From NCBI GenBank assembly GCA_964035545.1, contig OZ037773.1, forward strand, positions 10,631,751 to 10,695,750: a stretch of DNA of 64,000 bases, given 5' to 3'. Position 1 is the stretch's first letter. Each line of letters opens with the position of its first letter. Under the pieces are notes generated by a model. The model searched no databases. It was not told the origin of the DNA and saw only the letters and a program-made list of their open reading frames with translations. A program made the translations under genes and the position numbers. Shown here in pieces: positions 1 to 21,600 of this stretch. The DNA is from Bugula neritina (lineage: Eukaryota; Animalia; Bryozoa).

Positions 1-325
1 CTATAACTATAAGTATTAGTTACCGTTAGTGTTACTCTAAGTCTAAGTAATAACTTGATATTAAATTAAAATTACAATCATAACACAATAACAAAGTGAA
101 AGTGGCAATCCCTCAATGTCAAGCTTACTCAAACTCAACTTAAAACTAAAAGTAAAAGTAGAACTAAATTAAAATGTGAAACTGAATGTGAATCTGAAAC
201 TAAAAGTAAAAGTAAAAGTTAAAGTTAAAGTTAAAGTACCTTTGAGTTTGATTATACTATAATCATTATGAACAATATTATCTTAGTTTTAAAGTCCGAG
301 TTAAAGCAATAGTTAGAAACAAAAA

Positions 326-490
326 CCCTTACCATGTAATATGTCCAAAATGATTTCACAACCTTGTAGAATGTTCTTAGAGGAAACAAAGCACACCAAC
401 CCCAACACAGCTGTTTTAATTTATTCGAGTGATTCAGCTGAGTTGAGTCTTTTCCGTATGTCACGTGACCACCAGCTGATTGGCCCTTGC
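326..490 (-). promoter_or_regulatory. Possible promoter and first exon of a minus-strand gene running off the left edge
   Basis: TCACGTGA E-box (461-468), ATTGG/CCAAT (479-483), minus-strand ATG|GTAAGG donor at ~332, then AT-rich periodic sequence like other first introns here. Confidence 0.35.
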
Positions 491-1278
491 AACCGCAACA
501 CTAATTACAGAGATTACTCATATACTGAAGACGAAAAGTTAGAGTTATCTTCTCTAGCTTATCTACACTTTGATCGGGGAGGTAACTCTATGCTATCAAC
601 CTTTCACCCTAGTAAATTACTACTATGCAGAATATTTAATTATGATCCTAACATAGATAAATGGTGCATGTTATGTAATAAGTGGTAGTTGTAAAAGTCT
701 CAAACAGGTTATGGAGGGAGGGGTGCTTTCAACCCAGCCATAGCTGCTGGCAAGAGTGCATGTAACATTTACAAAGCTACTTTTAGCAAGACATACATGT
801 TATCTACATTAAACCTATCAAATTTAGTATTGGATTCAACTGTGAACAGAATTCAGAAACCATACTCAGAACATCTTTGTACTATTAATATGGAACTGGG
901 GCTAAATATTTCATAAGCATTTTCACCAAATTTCATCATCACAGCAGAGGCTATTGACGTACATTATTCAGAAAACCACAACACTATCGGAGTTGTGTTC
1001 ACGTAGGCAGAATATGTATTTAATTTGTGAATAGAAATGTATTACATAAAAAAGTTGAATTAACAAATTCTGAATATGCTGGTGACAACAGAACAGAGTG
1101 TTATAATTATATAGTATTACTATTACTATTACTACTTAAACTAAGGCAGCAAATCTTGATATACAATAATTATAATATACATCTTAGTAACAATATTGGC
1201 ATTGGTTAGTTATCATCTCGTGATGATAATATGTGCACACAACAGCTGGTAAAGTGGATGATAGGCAAGGCAGCGTCA

Positions 1279-1482
1279 GACGAGGTGTATCTGTGCAGCC
1301 AGTTGATGTGAACACAGAGCAAGTGGTGGAGATACCAGTTGATGTGAACACAGAGCAAGCGGTGGAGATACCAGTTGATGTGAACACAGAGCAAGTGGTG
1401 GAGATACCAGTTGATGTGAACACAGAGCAAGTGGTGGAGATACCAGTTGATGTGAACACAGAGCAAGTGGTGAAGATACCAA
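1279..1482. repeat. 36-bp minisatellite x~5.5
   Basis: ccagttgatgtgaacacagagcaagtggtggagata, head-to-tail with no spacers. Confidence 0.95.
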
Positions 1483-2458
1483 TATGGTGCACACTTACAG
1501 AACCACTCTAGTAGCACAACTCATATTCAGTAAATGGTATACAGATGTAAGCAAAAATATACATTAACAAAGGTTATAGCCATGGTTACAATGTCAACAT
1601 GAAGAGTGGGCGTGTATAGAAGCGCACTACTTTGTTAAACGCAAGAAAATAAAACTTGATAAGAACTTAAGCTAGCATATAAACAAGATATATAGTAATT
1701 ATAGTTCAATATACATGTAGATCATAAAAATAATACATAGAAATCATACAGGTCATGAGTACTAGTATATCTATTATTAAATACTAATTTCAAACTGAGT
1801 CAACCTTCAAACCCAAACCCTGTAGGGAGAATAAAGTGAAAGTGACCTATAAAATCTTAGTTATCATAGAATAATAAAGCAAAGTGATCCAATAGAAAGA
1901 TAAAGGCATGAAATAGAATATGATATTGTAACAAAACACCGTTGGCCAGCAAACGCTAGCCAACCACTGGTAAAAATTATGCAGTGATACAGTAGAATTG
2001 ATCTCTCTAAGTAACTTAACACACACACTAGTAATAAAGTAATGTGTTAGACATCAGTGTACGTCAGGGAGTTATCATCCCGGCACCCTACTAACAGACA
2101 GCGATCTCTAATACACAAACCCAGCACTGGCCTCTCAGCACTGGCCTCTAAACTTAGCTCCGAGTATCAATGTCAAAGTGTAATACAGTTAGCAAAATAA
2201 ATATCATAGTGGATGTGCACAGCTTCATACTGCTACATCTCACCAAACATCTCAGTGATAGACCCGCACAGCATCAACTAAAATAAAACTCTCGACGTGT
2301 TGAGATATAAAGACTTGGAGTTCTCTAGCGGGACACGTAGGTGACACATAGAATCCTTCAGACAGTACGTAAAGCAATTGTCTGACTGTGTGTGGAACTA
2401 GTCTTGAAATGTACATAGAATCAGTGTTGTGGAGGCACACGCAGGGCACTACGGATGT

Positions 2459-8860
<6,402 letters not shown>

Positions 8861-10430
8861 GATGGCTCAGTGACTGACTCAGTGAGACTATGACTATCAG
8901 TATCTATCTACGTCAAGTTTTGGCATTAACTATAGTAAAAAGTAGTGTGCAATTAGATTACTCTCTTGCATTAAGTACACTTGTTCAAGCTAGTGGCAAT
9001 TAAACTTGAAATGGTCAACTTGCAAATGTACCAACTCAAACTGCAGAACACATCGCTATCAACATGAATATCCCTTTCAGTGATACCTTTATTTTTAATT
9101 CACTGCGGCACACTCTTTTTAACAAATAAGTGCTCACATCCATACGCTCGACAGAAAGTTTAAACAACAATAATATTTTAATAGGACAAATATTTTGCAA
9201 TTTTGTTTTTTAAAAGCAAAATTCCAAAAGATATATTTGCTTTTATAAAAAGAAATATCATGAAAATTAAGTTTTAATATATAAGGTCACTAAGTGCATT
9301 TTGTTTATATTAGTCCGCGAATACGTAGTTTGGAAACTTATTACAAAACCAAATTGTATACAAGAGCAAGCAACCCTCTAAAACGGAGTAGCCCATAAAG
9401 AGGAGATAACTATCAGGTGTTAGGAGAATAATCAAGTTTGTTGAATAATAGAAAAGACTATAAACTATATTATATATACTTTACTATATATTATCACTAT
9501 TATTATTTATTAGTATTATTATTATTGGTTGTATCACATTTAATTTAATAGTTTAGCATCGTGTCATAGACTTAGTTCCACAAGAGGCTATTATGAGCTA
9601 TAATCCTTAGGAGACTGTCAACTCTTGCGGACACTTCTCCCACTCACTGAGCTGTGCATCACAAGTGTCAACTGGTTTTTTAATTCTTCCGCTATTTTAT
9701 TCTACTGACTGCTTGTGGTCCTCTGATCCCTCCATACATCAGTTCTCTCAATCACTTTGTCTATGTCGCTCTTTTACAACGGTTTTGTTCTTTTGATTTA
9801 CTGATTATTATTTATTGTTGTTATTTTTGTTATTAAATATTTATTCAATCCAAATTAAAGTCAATAGATGAAAGCTATTTTTTTTCTAGTAATTAGTTGT
9901 GTAAAATATATATAACCATGTATAAAATACTAGATAAATACACTAACCATGTATAACATACTAGATAAATACACTAACCATGTATAATATACCATGATAA
10001 TATACACATGGTTTTATGTTGTATGAAACACCAACATGGTTCCTTATTATTTTCAAGTAAAATTGCTATAGATGGATTCTTATAAAGTTAGGAACAATGA
10101 AGAAGTGAGTTTGTGTAGGCATATAAATATACTGCTATCAGATATACATGTACTCTGTACAGCATAATGTATAGCATAAACATAGCAATTCTCAAATTAG
10201 CAAATAGAGGCCACAAGTTGCATGCAGAAATACTTTACAAATAAATAAGATTATAATCTAAAGGAATACTAGTAACTGTTTGATATAAGTTACCATGATA
10301 AGTCAAGGCAAGTATTTCTAGAAAAATAGACGATATATATAATAGCAGGAAGCATTGCACTATGGGAAGGTACACTTGGTGCCATCTCGCTGGTATGTAC
10401 AGCCACAGTATAATAGCAAGAAGCATTGCA

Positions 10431-13400
10431 CTATGGGAAGGTACACTTGGTGCCATCTCGCTGGTATGTACAGCCACAGTTGACAACAGAGAACATCAGC
10501 CCGGGGAAACAGAAGAACGTCTCAGAGTTGGGAAACATCCGGTACCTTGTGCAGCCGGTGCCGGGCACAATCTGAAACCGTGGAGCTCCGAGGGGTTTAC
10601 ACCAAGAATATCCATCTGTGTATATGTAGGCCAGTGTACCTATACAATAGCAAGTATATGAGTGGTGGTGTACCTATACAATAGCAAGTATATGAATAGT
10701 GGTGTACCTATACAATAGCAAGTATATGAATAGTGGTGTACCTATACAATAGCAAGTATATGAATAATGGTGTACCTATACAATAGCAAGTATATGAATA
10801 GTGGTGTACCTATACAATAGCAAGTATATGAATAATGGTGTACATATACAATAGAGAGACAGTGACCTATATAAAGTGACCTATATACAGTGACCTACTT
10901 CCAGAAGTTTTAAAATCGGCCGTGTCCTTGAAAATAGGCCTGAAAGTTGTGGAGGAACCAGTAGCAGTGACTTGATGCTTGCCTTTGAGTCCTTCACCTT
11001 TGTTGGTGGTCAGTGAATCATGGATGACCTTGACACTGCCTGATGGAGTTACAGTTACTTTCTGATGATTCATGTGGTCGGCCAATGGGTTCTCAATGCT
11101 GTGAAGAATATCGCTGTCAATCTCTCCGAAATATTTCAAAGGTGTCTGACGGTCACATTGCAACCAGAAACTGACTTTCCCGGGGCTAGTCTCCACTCCG
11201 ATAGAAAACCTAAGAAACATAACAGTCAGTTGACTCACAGAGATATAACAGTCAGTTGACTCACAGAGATATGAAAGTCAGTTGACTCACAGAGATATAA
11301 CAGTCAGTTGACTCACAGAGATATAACAGTCAGTTGACTCACAGAGATATAACAGTCAGTTGACTCACAGAGAGAACACAACTCTGAGAATAAATGTGAC
11401 GACTAAGCAAGGATGGAGGTTGCTGACTCACCTGAAAAACAGAGTACCTAGGTTGTTGGGCGGAGCTCTCCATGTGAATGAAACTTTAGAGACTGATTGC
11501 TGATTGGCTAACTTCACACTGTTGGTTACCATACGACCAGAGTTACAAATATTATCCCCACTGATAAACTCTCCGACAGCGTTTCCTTTCTGATCCACTA
11601 CTTCCACATTGTAGTACTTGGCTGTTTGCTGCCTGCTCGTTGATAGCAGCAGCACTAAAATAAAATCAAATAGTAGGCTATGTAGCTTCACTGTGTGTAG
11701 AATTACATTGTACAATGAGTCAAAAGGCCGAAAAGTAAGTATTTATACTGAGAAGTAACTATGTATACTGAGAAGTAAGTATGTATACTGAGAAGTAAGT
11801 ATGTATACTGAGAAGTAAGTATGTATCCTGAGAAGTAAGTATGTACACTGAGAAGTAAGTATGTATACTGAGAAGTAAGTATGTATACTGAGAAGTAAGT
11901 ATGTATACTGAGAAGTAAGTTGTCATAAAATTGAAGAAGAGATCATTGAGAATCACTGAGCTCCAAAACTGAAGCTAGTAATCAGATATACATGTAGTTT
12001 GGAAAACTGTTGACAGATGGAGACGCTAACTCCTGATTCAGCTATAAATACAATTAGCATAATGTAACATGAGTTACAATGCATCATACGGTGTACTTAG
12101 CAAAGTAGCGCAGGTTATTATATACATATATAAACATATACAGGTGTTGCTGGGTTCCAGCATACATTAAAACCTTCTACCCACGTGCATTAGTAGTGTA
12201 ATTACATGGCAGTAGATCTAACAGGTTGGCCAAGATAAAACATATTGCAAACTATCAAACTGCTATATTCCAGCCTAGTGTTTAGGTTTAGTGTAGATTA
12301 GTTGGGAATATGCTTGATGGGTGCGTGAATGATGGAAAGATATGCAGTAAAAGGTGAGGTTTAATTATTAGCATTTGAATGGTAGCTGGTTACACCCAAG
12401 TGAAAGCATGTAAATTTTATGTTCAACTACATACTGTGTTAAAAGATAATATGCTAAAAACTATTGCAAGTAGTTTATTCTATAAATAGTTTACCATGTA
12501 TCACACTAAATACTTACAAGAAACACTGTGAACACAATTACGAGTTATTACTGTGCATGTAGTGTACCATGTATGCACACATGTAGCACACAGTGTATGC
12601 ACACACACATGTAGCACACAGTGTAGGCCTATACACACATGTAGTACATAGTGTAGGCCTATACACACACATGTAGTATACAGTGTACACACACATGTAG
12701 CACACAGTGTAGGCCTATACACACATGTAGTACATAGTGTAGGCCTATACACACACATGTAGTATACAGTGTACACACACATGTAGCACACAATGTATGC
12801 ACACACATGTAGTGTACAGTGTACACACACACATGTAATACACAATGTATGCTCATAAAAGAAAGGATTATTGGAGCACTAAATACTCTAAATTGCTTTC
12901 TAATAGGCAAGATACAGTCCATCAATTTCCACACCGATGCTGGTGGGCTGGGACACCCCCCCCCCCACCAAAAGCACTGAGATGTGATGACAGGTTGCTA
13001 GGCTACAGACCATACTAGCTGACAATGCAGCTAGAGCATGTAATGTAGATGGAGGTGTAATGACCACCAACTAATGGTAACATTATGCTCCATTAGCATC
13101 TCTTTATTGGTTACAAATTGGCAGTGCAACGAGCCAAGAAAAATTGAGTGAAGCAAGGAGAAATTTAGAGAATTTGAGAGATGTTGAGTATGAAGTGCAT
13201 TAGTATAGCATAACGAGTATAGCGTAATGAGTATATGCAACACCAAAACACGGGAGAAACTTTTACAGTAACGACAGTAAAGTCTCTAAGTGCTGCTTTG
13301 TCTGTGAGGGTAGAGTGAGGCCAAGGAGGAAACGAATTACGCCATATAAGTCCTTTTACATATACTTACATTATTTGCATAAGTCTTTTTGCATATACTT

Positions 13401-13628
13401 ACATTTCATGGGCTGTCCTGGTCTGTAGATGTAAGTTGATAGACTGAGCACTGCAAAGGTACACATAGATGTCTCCTTCTTAGCTCCAGGAATAGACTGG
13501 ATGAGATCTGATATGAGTGGACATTGAGTTACCTCCCCTGGGGAGCTTTCACTGAGACTGCCCGTAGATACATGTGGTAAAGTTATCACTAGCAGTAGAC
13601 ATAGACTCAGTACCTGGTGATGGCACAT
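10431..13628 (-). CDS. Secreted protein with Reeler-like domain and C-terminal Cys-rich chitin-binding type-2 (CBM14)-like module; 4 exons: 13628-13403, 11654-11432, 11209-10899, 10615-10431
   Basis: Hydrophobic signal (MCHHQVLSLCLLLVITLPHVSTG), Reeler-like motifs (YRPGQPM..VGEF...C...V.FTWRAPPNNLGTLFFRFSI), last exon WCKP..GCTRYRM..FFCFPGLMFSVVNCGCTY..TKC*. GT-AG boundaries in phase. Confidence 0.7.
10636..11920. repeat. Three intron-specific arrays of the Reeler gene: 34-bp (10636-10852), 29-bp (11217-11372), 20-bp (11736-11920)
   Basis: Direct inspection. Confidence 0.9.
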
Positions 13629-13996
13629 GGTGGGTACACAGACTAAGTTTAGTTGACTGTTGTACTGTAAGCTCACCCCAGTAGTCCAGAGCAGGCAGTG
13701 TGCAGAGACATGGCGTTCAAACCTCTAGAGTGATGCGTTAACATATGTTACTACACAGTACCGACACTATACAGTACAGACTCTGTTGTTACTATGCAGT
13801 ACCAATTCTGTTGTGATGTGAGAGAGAAGTGATGTATTAATGTATGTTACTATGCAGTACCGACACTAGAGAGAGTAAGGTGGTACAAGCAGCTCCACCT
13901 GAGATGATCCTGTACTGAGGAATGAAGTAATCCACTTAGATACCTTCTTGCATCATTTGATTCAGTTGAATAGTTCTGCTAGGGATTACCAACCCA

Positions 13997-14760
13997 ATAT
14001 ATAACACTGTATAGACTGAGAGTATATAACACTGTATAGACTGAGAGTATATAACACTGTATAGACTGAGAGTATATAACACTGTATAGACTGGGAATAT
14101 ATAACACTGTGTAGACTGAGAGTTTATAACACTGTATAGACTGAGAGTATATAACACTGTATAGACTGAGAGTATATAACACTGTATAGACTGAGAGTAT
14201 ATAACACTGTGTAGACTGAGAGTATAGACTGAGAGTATAGACTGAGAGTATAGACTGAGAGTATAGACTGAGAGTATATAACACTGTGTAGACTGAGAGT
14301 ATAGACTGAGAGTATATAACACTGTGTAGACTGAGAGTTTATAACACTGTGTAGACTGAGAGTATATAACACTGTATAGACTGAGAGTATATAACACTGT
14401 ATAGACTGAGAGTATATAACACTGTATAGACTGAGGGTATAGACTGAGAGTATATAACACTGTATAGACTGAGAGTATATAACACTGTATAGACTGAGAG
14501 TATATAACACTGTATAGACTGAGGGTATAGACTGAGAGTATATAACACTGTATAGACTGAGAGTATATAACACTGTATAGACTGAGAGTATATAACACTG
14601 TGTAGACTGAGAGTATATAACACTGTGTAGACTGAGAGTATATAACACTGTGTAGACTGAGAGTATATAACACTGTGTAGACTGAGAGTATATAACACTG
14701 TGTAGACTGAGGGTATAGACTGAGAGTATATAGACTGAGAGAGTATAGACTGAGAGTATA
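13997..14760. repeat. 26/12-bp composite minisatellite (tagactgagagtatataacactgta)
   Basis: Direct inspection. Confidence 0.9.
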
Positions 14761-15691
14761 GGCTAGAAGCGTAGAAGGCATAGACTGAGGATTTAGATAC
14801 ACAGGGTAGATATGCAGCTTAAAGGTGCAATAGGCGGTGGAGTTTATCCCACCACAATAAAGCTCTGGTTATACTGTATAACTCTGAATATAGACAAGGG
14901 AGGTAAATCCTGCTGATACGTCTGCATTAGAAGAGAGTGCGATATGTAAGGGGTGTGTAAGGGGTGTGGTGGGACTATTGAGATTACATAACCAACAACA
15001 TGGTAATTTCCTGTTTCCTGCTCGACACAAGAATACCATCAGAGAGCTAGGGCTAGCCCATGTTACCCGCACAGAGAGAGAGCTAGCCTATGTTACCAGC
15101 ACAGAGAGAGCTAGGGCTAGCCTGTGTTACCCGCACAGAGAGAGAGCTAGGGCTAGCCTGTGTTACCAGCACAGAGAGAGCTAGGGCTAGCCTGTGTTAG
15201 CAGCACAGAGAGAGAGCTAGAATAGTTATCTGATTGAACGTCCATTAATCATGCATGAATGAAGAGACACAGTAGATTAGCAGATTATAAATTCATAAGA
15301 TTTTATTATAATTAATAGAAGTATTTATGTACACTGTATGCTATAATATAATACATATGGGTGGGAGACGCTGTATATGGATGGCAGACAGAATATCAGG
15401 GAATATGTACATGAGCTGACACGCTGCCTCTTGATTGGCTGCTCTCAAGACAGGAAGGGCGTGGCACTGAAACCAAGTGGATTAACAGAACAAGAATGTG
15501 TAATAGACTAATTAGTAATATCAGTACACATAGTTGTCTCTTCCTCCAACATAATCTCACAGTTCAGTGTCAACCATCAGTCCATATTACAACTAGTTGT
15601 GTGAGTATATGCAGCTGTGGCAGCGGCTAGTGACAGCGGCTAGCGGCAGCGTAGAGGAGGCAGCATAGAGGAGGCAGCGTAGAGGAGGCAG

Positions 15692-18600
15692 CTAATCACT
15701 GTCACTACCAAATATCTCGGCTTCGTCATCACCACTTTTCTTTCCTCCATCATCCGACTTTTTATCATCTCCAGCCTCACTTTCAGATGACGAGTCGGAA
15801 GATGATCTGTTAACCATACACGCCCACAATATATATATACACGCCCACAATATATATATACACGCCCACAATATAATATATATACACGCCCACAATATAT
15901 ATACACGCCCACGATATATATATATATATATACACGCCCACAATATATACACACATGCCCATAATATATATTAGAAGTACTCAATAAATATTTTATCTAA
16001 ACTGATGGCTGATTGGAAGAGCCTGTATTTAAAGCCGACAGCTGATTGGCTAACTCACCCACTACTCTCATCGCTGTCACTGCTGCTACCCGAACCTGAT
16101 TTCTCTCCCTTCGTCTCAGCTTCATTCTCAGACGCAGAACCCTGAAATAATGGAGATAATATTATATAACATAACATAATATATAGAATAATAGAGATAA
16201 TATCTTATAACATAACATAATATATAGAATAATAGAGAGAATATTATATAACATAACATAATATATAGAATAATAGAGATAATATTATATAACATTACAT
16301 AATATATAGAACAATAGAGAGAATATTATATAACATAACATAATATATAGAATAATAGAGAGAATATTATATAACATAACATAATATATAGAATAATAGA
16401 GAGAATATTATATAACATAACATAATATATAGAATAATAGAGAGAATATAGTATAACATAACATAATATATAGAATAATAGAGATAATATTATATAACAT
16501 AACATAATATATAGAATAATGGAGATAATATCATATAACATAACATAATATATAGAATTATAGAGAGAATATTATATAACATAACATAATATATAGAATA
16601 ATGGAGAGAATATTATATAACATAACATAATATATAGAATAATGGAGAGAATATTATATAACATAACATAATATATAGAATAATAGAGAGAATATCATAT
16701 AACATAACATAATATATAGAATAATAGAGAGAATATTATATAACATAACATAATATATAGAATAATGGAGAGAATATTATAATATATATAATGTGACAGA
16801 AGGTAGGAAATGGTGGGCAACAAGAGAGACAACTCCCAAGTTAACATATACTCAGTATATTAAGATTATATATAAAATATTATCATCAAACACACCGGTG
16901 ACCACAAATATGCCAGTGTCTAAAATTGACCCAGACGGCAGTGATTTATGGACAGACTGTTGTCTGTAGAATGTGAGTGAGAGCCTTGACAGGTAGTGGC
17001 AGGTGTCCTGAAGACAGGTGCCCTGAAGACAGGTGCCCTAAAGACAGGTGCTTTCATCAATACACTATACTGGAGATATTGAAATCAACTCAAGCTAGTA
17101 GTGGCTAAGTATCTATGTGGAACTTGCTATATTACTAGCATACCAATACTATATATTACTTGCATACCAATACTATATATTACTAGCATACCAATACTAT
17201 ATATTACTAGCATACCAATACTATATATTACTAGCATACCAATACTATATATTACCAGCATACCAATACTATATATTACTAGCATACCAATACTATATAT
17301 TACTAGCACACCAATACTATATATTACCAGCATACCAATACTATATATTACCAGCATACCAATACTATATATTACCAGCATACCAATACTATATATTACT
17401 AGCATACCAATACTATATATTACTAGCATACCAATACTATATATTACTAGCATACCAATACTATATATTACCAGCATACCAATACTATATATTACTAGCA
17501 TACCAATACTATATATTACTAGCATACCAATACTATATATTACTAGCATACCAATACTATATATTACTAGCATACCAATACTATATATTACCAGCATACC
17601 AATACTATATATTGCCAGCATACCAATACTATATATTACTAGCATACCAATACTCTATATTACCAGCATACCAATACTATATATTACTAGCATACCAATA
17701 CTATATATTACCAGCATACCAATACTATATATTACTAGCATACCAATACTATATATTACTAGCATACCAATACTATATATTACCAGCATACCAATACTAT
17801 ATATTACTAGCATACCAATACTATATATTACTAGCATACCAATACTATATATTACCAGCATACCAATACTATATATTACTAGCATACCAATACTATATAT
17901 TACCAGCATACCAATACTATATATTACTAGCATACCAATACTATATATTACTAGCATACCAATACTATATATTACCAGCATACCAATACTATATATTACT
18001 AGCATACCAATACTATATATTACCAGCATACCAATACTATATATTACTAGCATACCAATACTATATATTACTAGCATACCAATACTATATATTACCAGCA
18101 TACCAATACTATATATTACTAGCATACCAATACTATATATTACTAGCATACCAATACTATATATTACCAGCATACCAATACTATATATTACTAGCATACC
18201 AATACTATATATTACCAGCATACCAATACTATATATTACTAGCATACCAATACTATATATTACTAGCATACCAATACTATATATTACCAGCATACCAATA
18301 CTATATATTACTAGCATACCAATACTATATATTACCAGCATACCAATACTATATATTACTAGCATACCAATACTATATATTGCTAGCATACCAATACTAT
18401 ATATTACTAGCATACCAATACTATATATTACTAGCATACCAATACTATATATTGCTAGCATACCAATACTATATATTACTAGCATACCAATACTATATAT
18501 TACCAGCATACCAATACTATATATTACTAGCATACCAATACTATATATTACTAGCATACCAATACTATATATTACTAGCATACCAATACTATATATTACT

Positions 18601-21600
18601 AGCATACCAATACTATATATTGCTAGCATACCAATACTATATATTGCTAGCATACCAATACTATATATTACTAGCATACCAATACTATATATTACTAGCA
18701 TACCAATACTATATATTGCTAGCATACCAATACTATATATTACTAGCATACCAATACTATATATGTAATAGAGTACAAGTAGGGACAGAGACTAGATCAT
18801 AATATGAAGAGGGTTTGTGGGCGGATCAATTTATTTTTAGCCACAACAAAGGATTTGGTTCGAAGTTTATTACTTCTTCTAATAATCTTTGAATATATTA
18901 TATCCAGCCACTACACTGAGTATCCAGTCACTACACTGAGTACCCAGTCACAACACAATGTATACAGTATACTATACAACACAATGTATACAGTATACTA
19001 TACAATACAACACAATGTATACAGTATACTATACAACACAATGTATACAGTATACTATACAACACAATGTATACAGTATACTATACAACACAATGTATAC
19101 AGTATACTATACAATACAATGTATACAGTATACTATACAATACAATGTATACAATGTATACTATACAATACAATGTATACAGTATACTATACAATACAAC
19201 ACAATGTATATAGTATACTATACAACACAATGTATACAGTATACTATACAACACAATGTATACAGTATACTATACAATACAATGTATACAGTATACTATA
19301 CAATACAATGTATACAATGTATACTATACAATACAATGTATACAGTATACTATACAATACAATGTATACAATGTATACAGTACACTATACAATACTAGTA
19401 TACTATACAACACAATACTAGTATACTATACAACACAACACAATGTACACAGTATACTATACAATGTACACTATACAAGAGCTGACCTGTTCACTCTGAG
19501 CCGCTGACTCTATGACACCCTCCTCCTCCTCGTCTTCGTCAGCCAGTGGTTCCAGGAGTGTGAGTCGTCTGTCCATTTCCCCTTCTTCCAGGGAGTTCAT
19601 AGGTCGATGTCGGACCACCAGCCTGGTCTTGGGGGCCGGGCCACCTCCTAGATGTATAGATATACATACGTATACTGTGTACTATGTACTTACACTGTGT
19701 ACTATGTACTTACACTGTGTACTATATACTTACACTGTGTACTATATATACTTACACTGTGTACTAGATACTTACACTGTGTACTATATACTTACACTGT
19801 GTACTATATATACTTACACTGTGTACTATATATACTTACACTGTGTACTAGGTACTTACACTGTGTACTATATATACTTACACTGTGTACTATATACTTA
19901 CACTGTGTACTATATATACTTACACTGTGTACTATATATACTTACACTGTGTACTATATACTTACACTGTGTACTATATATACTTACACTGTGTACTATA
20001 TATACTTACACTGTGTACTATATATACTTACACTGTGTACTAGGTACTTACACTGTGTACTATATATACTTACACTGTGTACTATATACTTACACTGTGT
20101 ACTATATATACTTACACTGTGTACTATATATACTTACACTGTGTACTATATACTTACACTGTGTACTATATATACTTACACTGTGTACTATATACTTACA
20201 CTGTGTACTATATATACTTACACTGTGTACTATATATACTTACACTGTGTACTATATACTTACACTGTGTACTATATATACTTACACTGTGCACTATATG
20301 TACTTACACTGTGCACTATATGTACTTACACTGTGTACTATATATACTTACACTGTGTACTATATATACTTACACTGTGTACTATATATACTTACACTGT
20401 ATACTATGTACTTACACTGTGTACTATATACTTACACTGTGTACTATATACTTACACTGTGTACTATATACTTACACTGTGTACTATATATACTTACACT
20501 GTGTACTATATACTTATACCGTAGACCGAGAACTTAACAGAGCAGGAAATACACTGAGAAACTAACCTGTTTTGCGTCTCTTAGTGAGCCGAACTCGCGT
20601 CTCCAACTCGTTGTAATAATACTGCCCACTCCTCTCTAAGAAGAAGTACATTTCCTCGTATCCTTTGGTGGCTTTGTTCTTGACGTTCCATGTGTACTCT
20701 CTACTTAGCATGTGGTCATATGGTTCATCTGGTTGGTATATCACCTCTGTGTACAGTATATTATATATATATATCACTTCTGTATACAGTATATTATTAT
20801 ATATATCACTTCTGTATACAGTATATTATTATGCAGTATATTACTATATATTATATTACTATATATAAACACAGGTAACCATGGAAACACACCGCTCTGT
20901 TTATCTCCCTCCCTTTTGGTCATTGTCTCCTCCGTAGGTAGAAAGTAGGCTACAAACTGCTCTCCACTTTCATCTTTCATGCCTGAAATACCATCTCTAT
21001 ATTATAGTGTGCTACATACATCTAGATGTCAAATATCGACCTCCATCGACCTGAGCTGGTCAGTCTGTAGAGCTCGAACTCAGATTGATCTCAAGGCAAT
21101 AAGACTATGGAAAGACGAAAGAACGATCTGAGAAGTAGAAAAAGACTGTTTGCTAAAATGTTGTCTGCTAATAAAAATGATATCTTATTGTTAATTACCG
21201 AGTAAAGTACTTAATATTTACAAGAGCCACATTTTCAGATCCCAAAAAAGTTGACTTTCATTACTATGATGAAGAAAACTCAATTATATAAAACAATAGA
21301 CTGTAGAAGGTACACAAAATGGGAGCATTTAAATTTAAATGACAAGTAAAACTTACTTTCATTAGTTATTTGCTGCATAATTTCAAGCCTAACAATCCTG
21401 TAAACTTATGAATAATCTGCAAGGCAGCTATTAATCTTATATAAGCTGTAAACTTAAAAAATTAAAATTAATTAACTTAAATTGGCCAAATTACTTCACA
21501 CTAAGAGCTTTGCTGCGTATAGTTCATAGCTGGCGTCAATTTTTAGACTACAACAATCTTGGTTTTAAACGGCAGTAGCTTTAATCAATCGAATGGGTGA

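Noticed and set aside
341-688. 115-aa plus-strand ORF
   Set aside because: No recognisable motif; overlaps promoter-like elements.
1279-1482. 36-bp repeat of CRISPR-like length
   Set aside because: Head-to-tail with no spacers, no cas genes, eukaryotic context.
9560-9790. GC-richer island resembling a retroelement 3' fragment
   Set aside because: No intact ORF, tail or TSD that I can support.
17101-18802. 555/561-aa ORFs and similar Y/I/T-rich ORFs (2592, 6750, 13936, 19512, 38258, 44190, 53885)
   Set aside because: Translations of stop-free tandem repeats, open in several frames, and mostly inside introns of recognisable genes.
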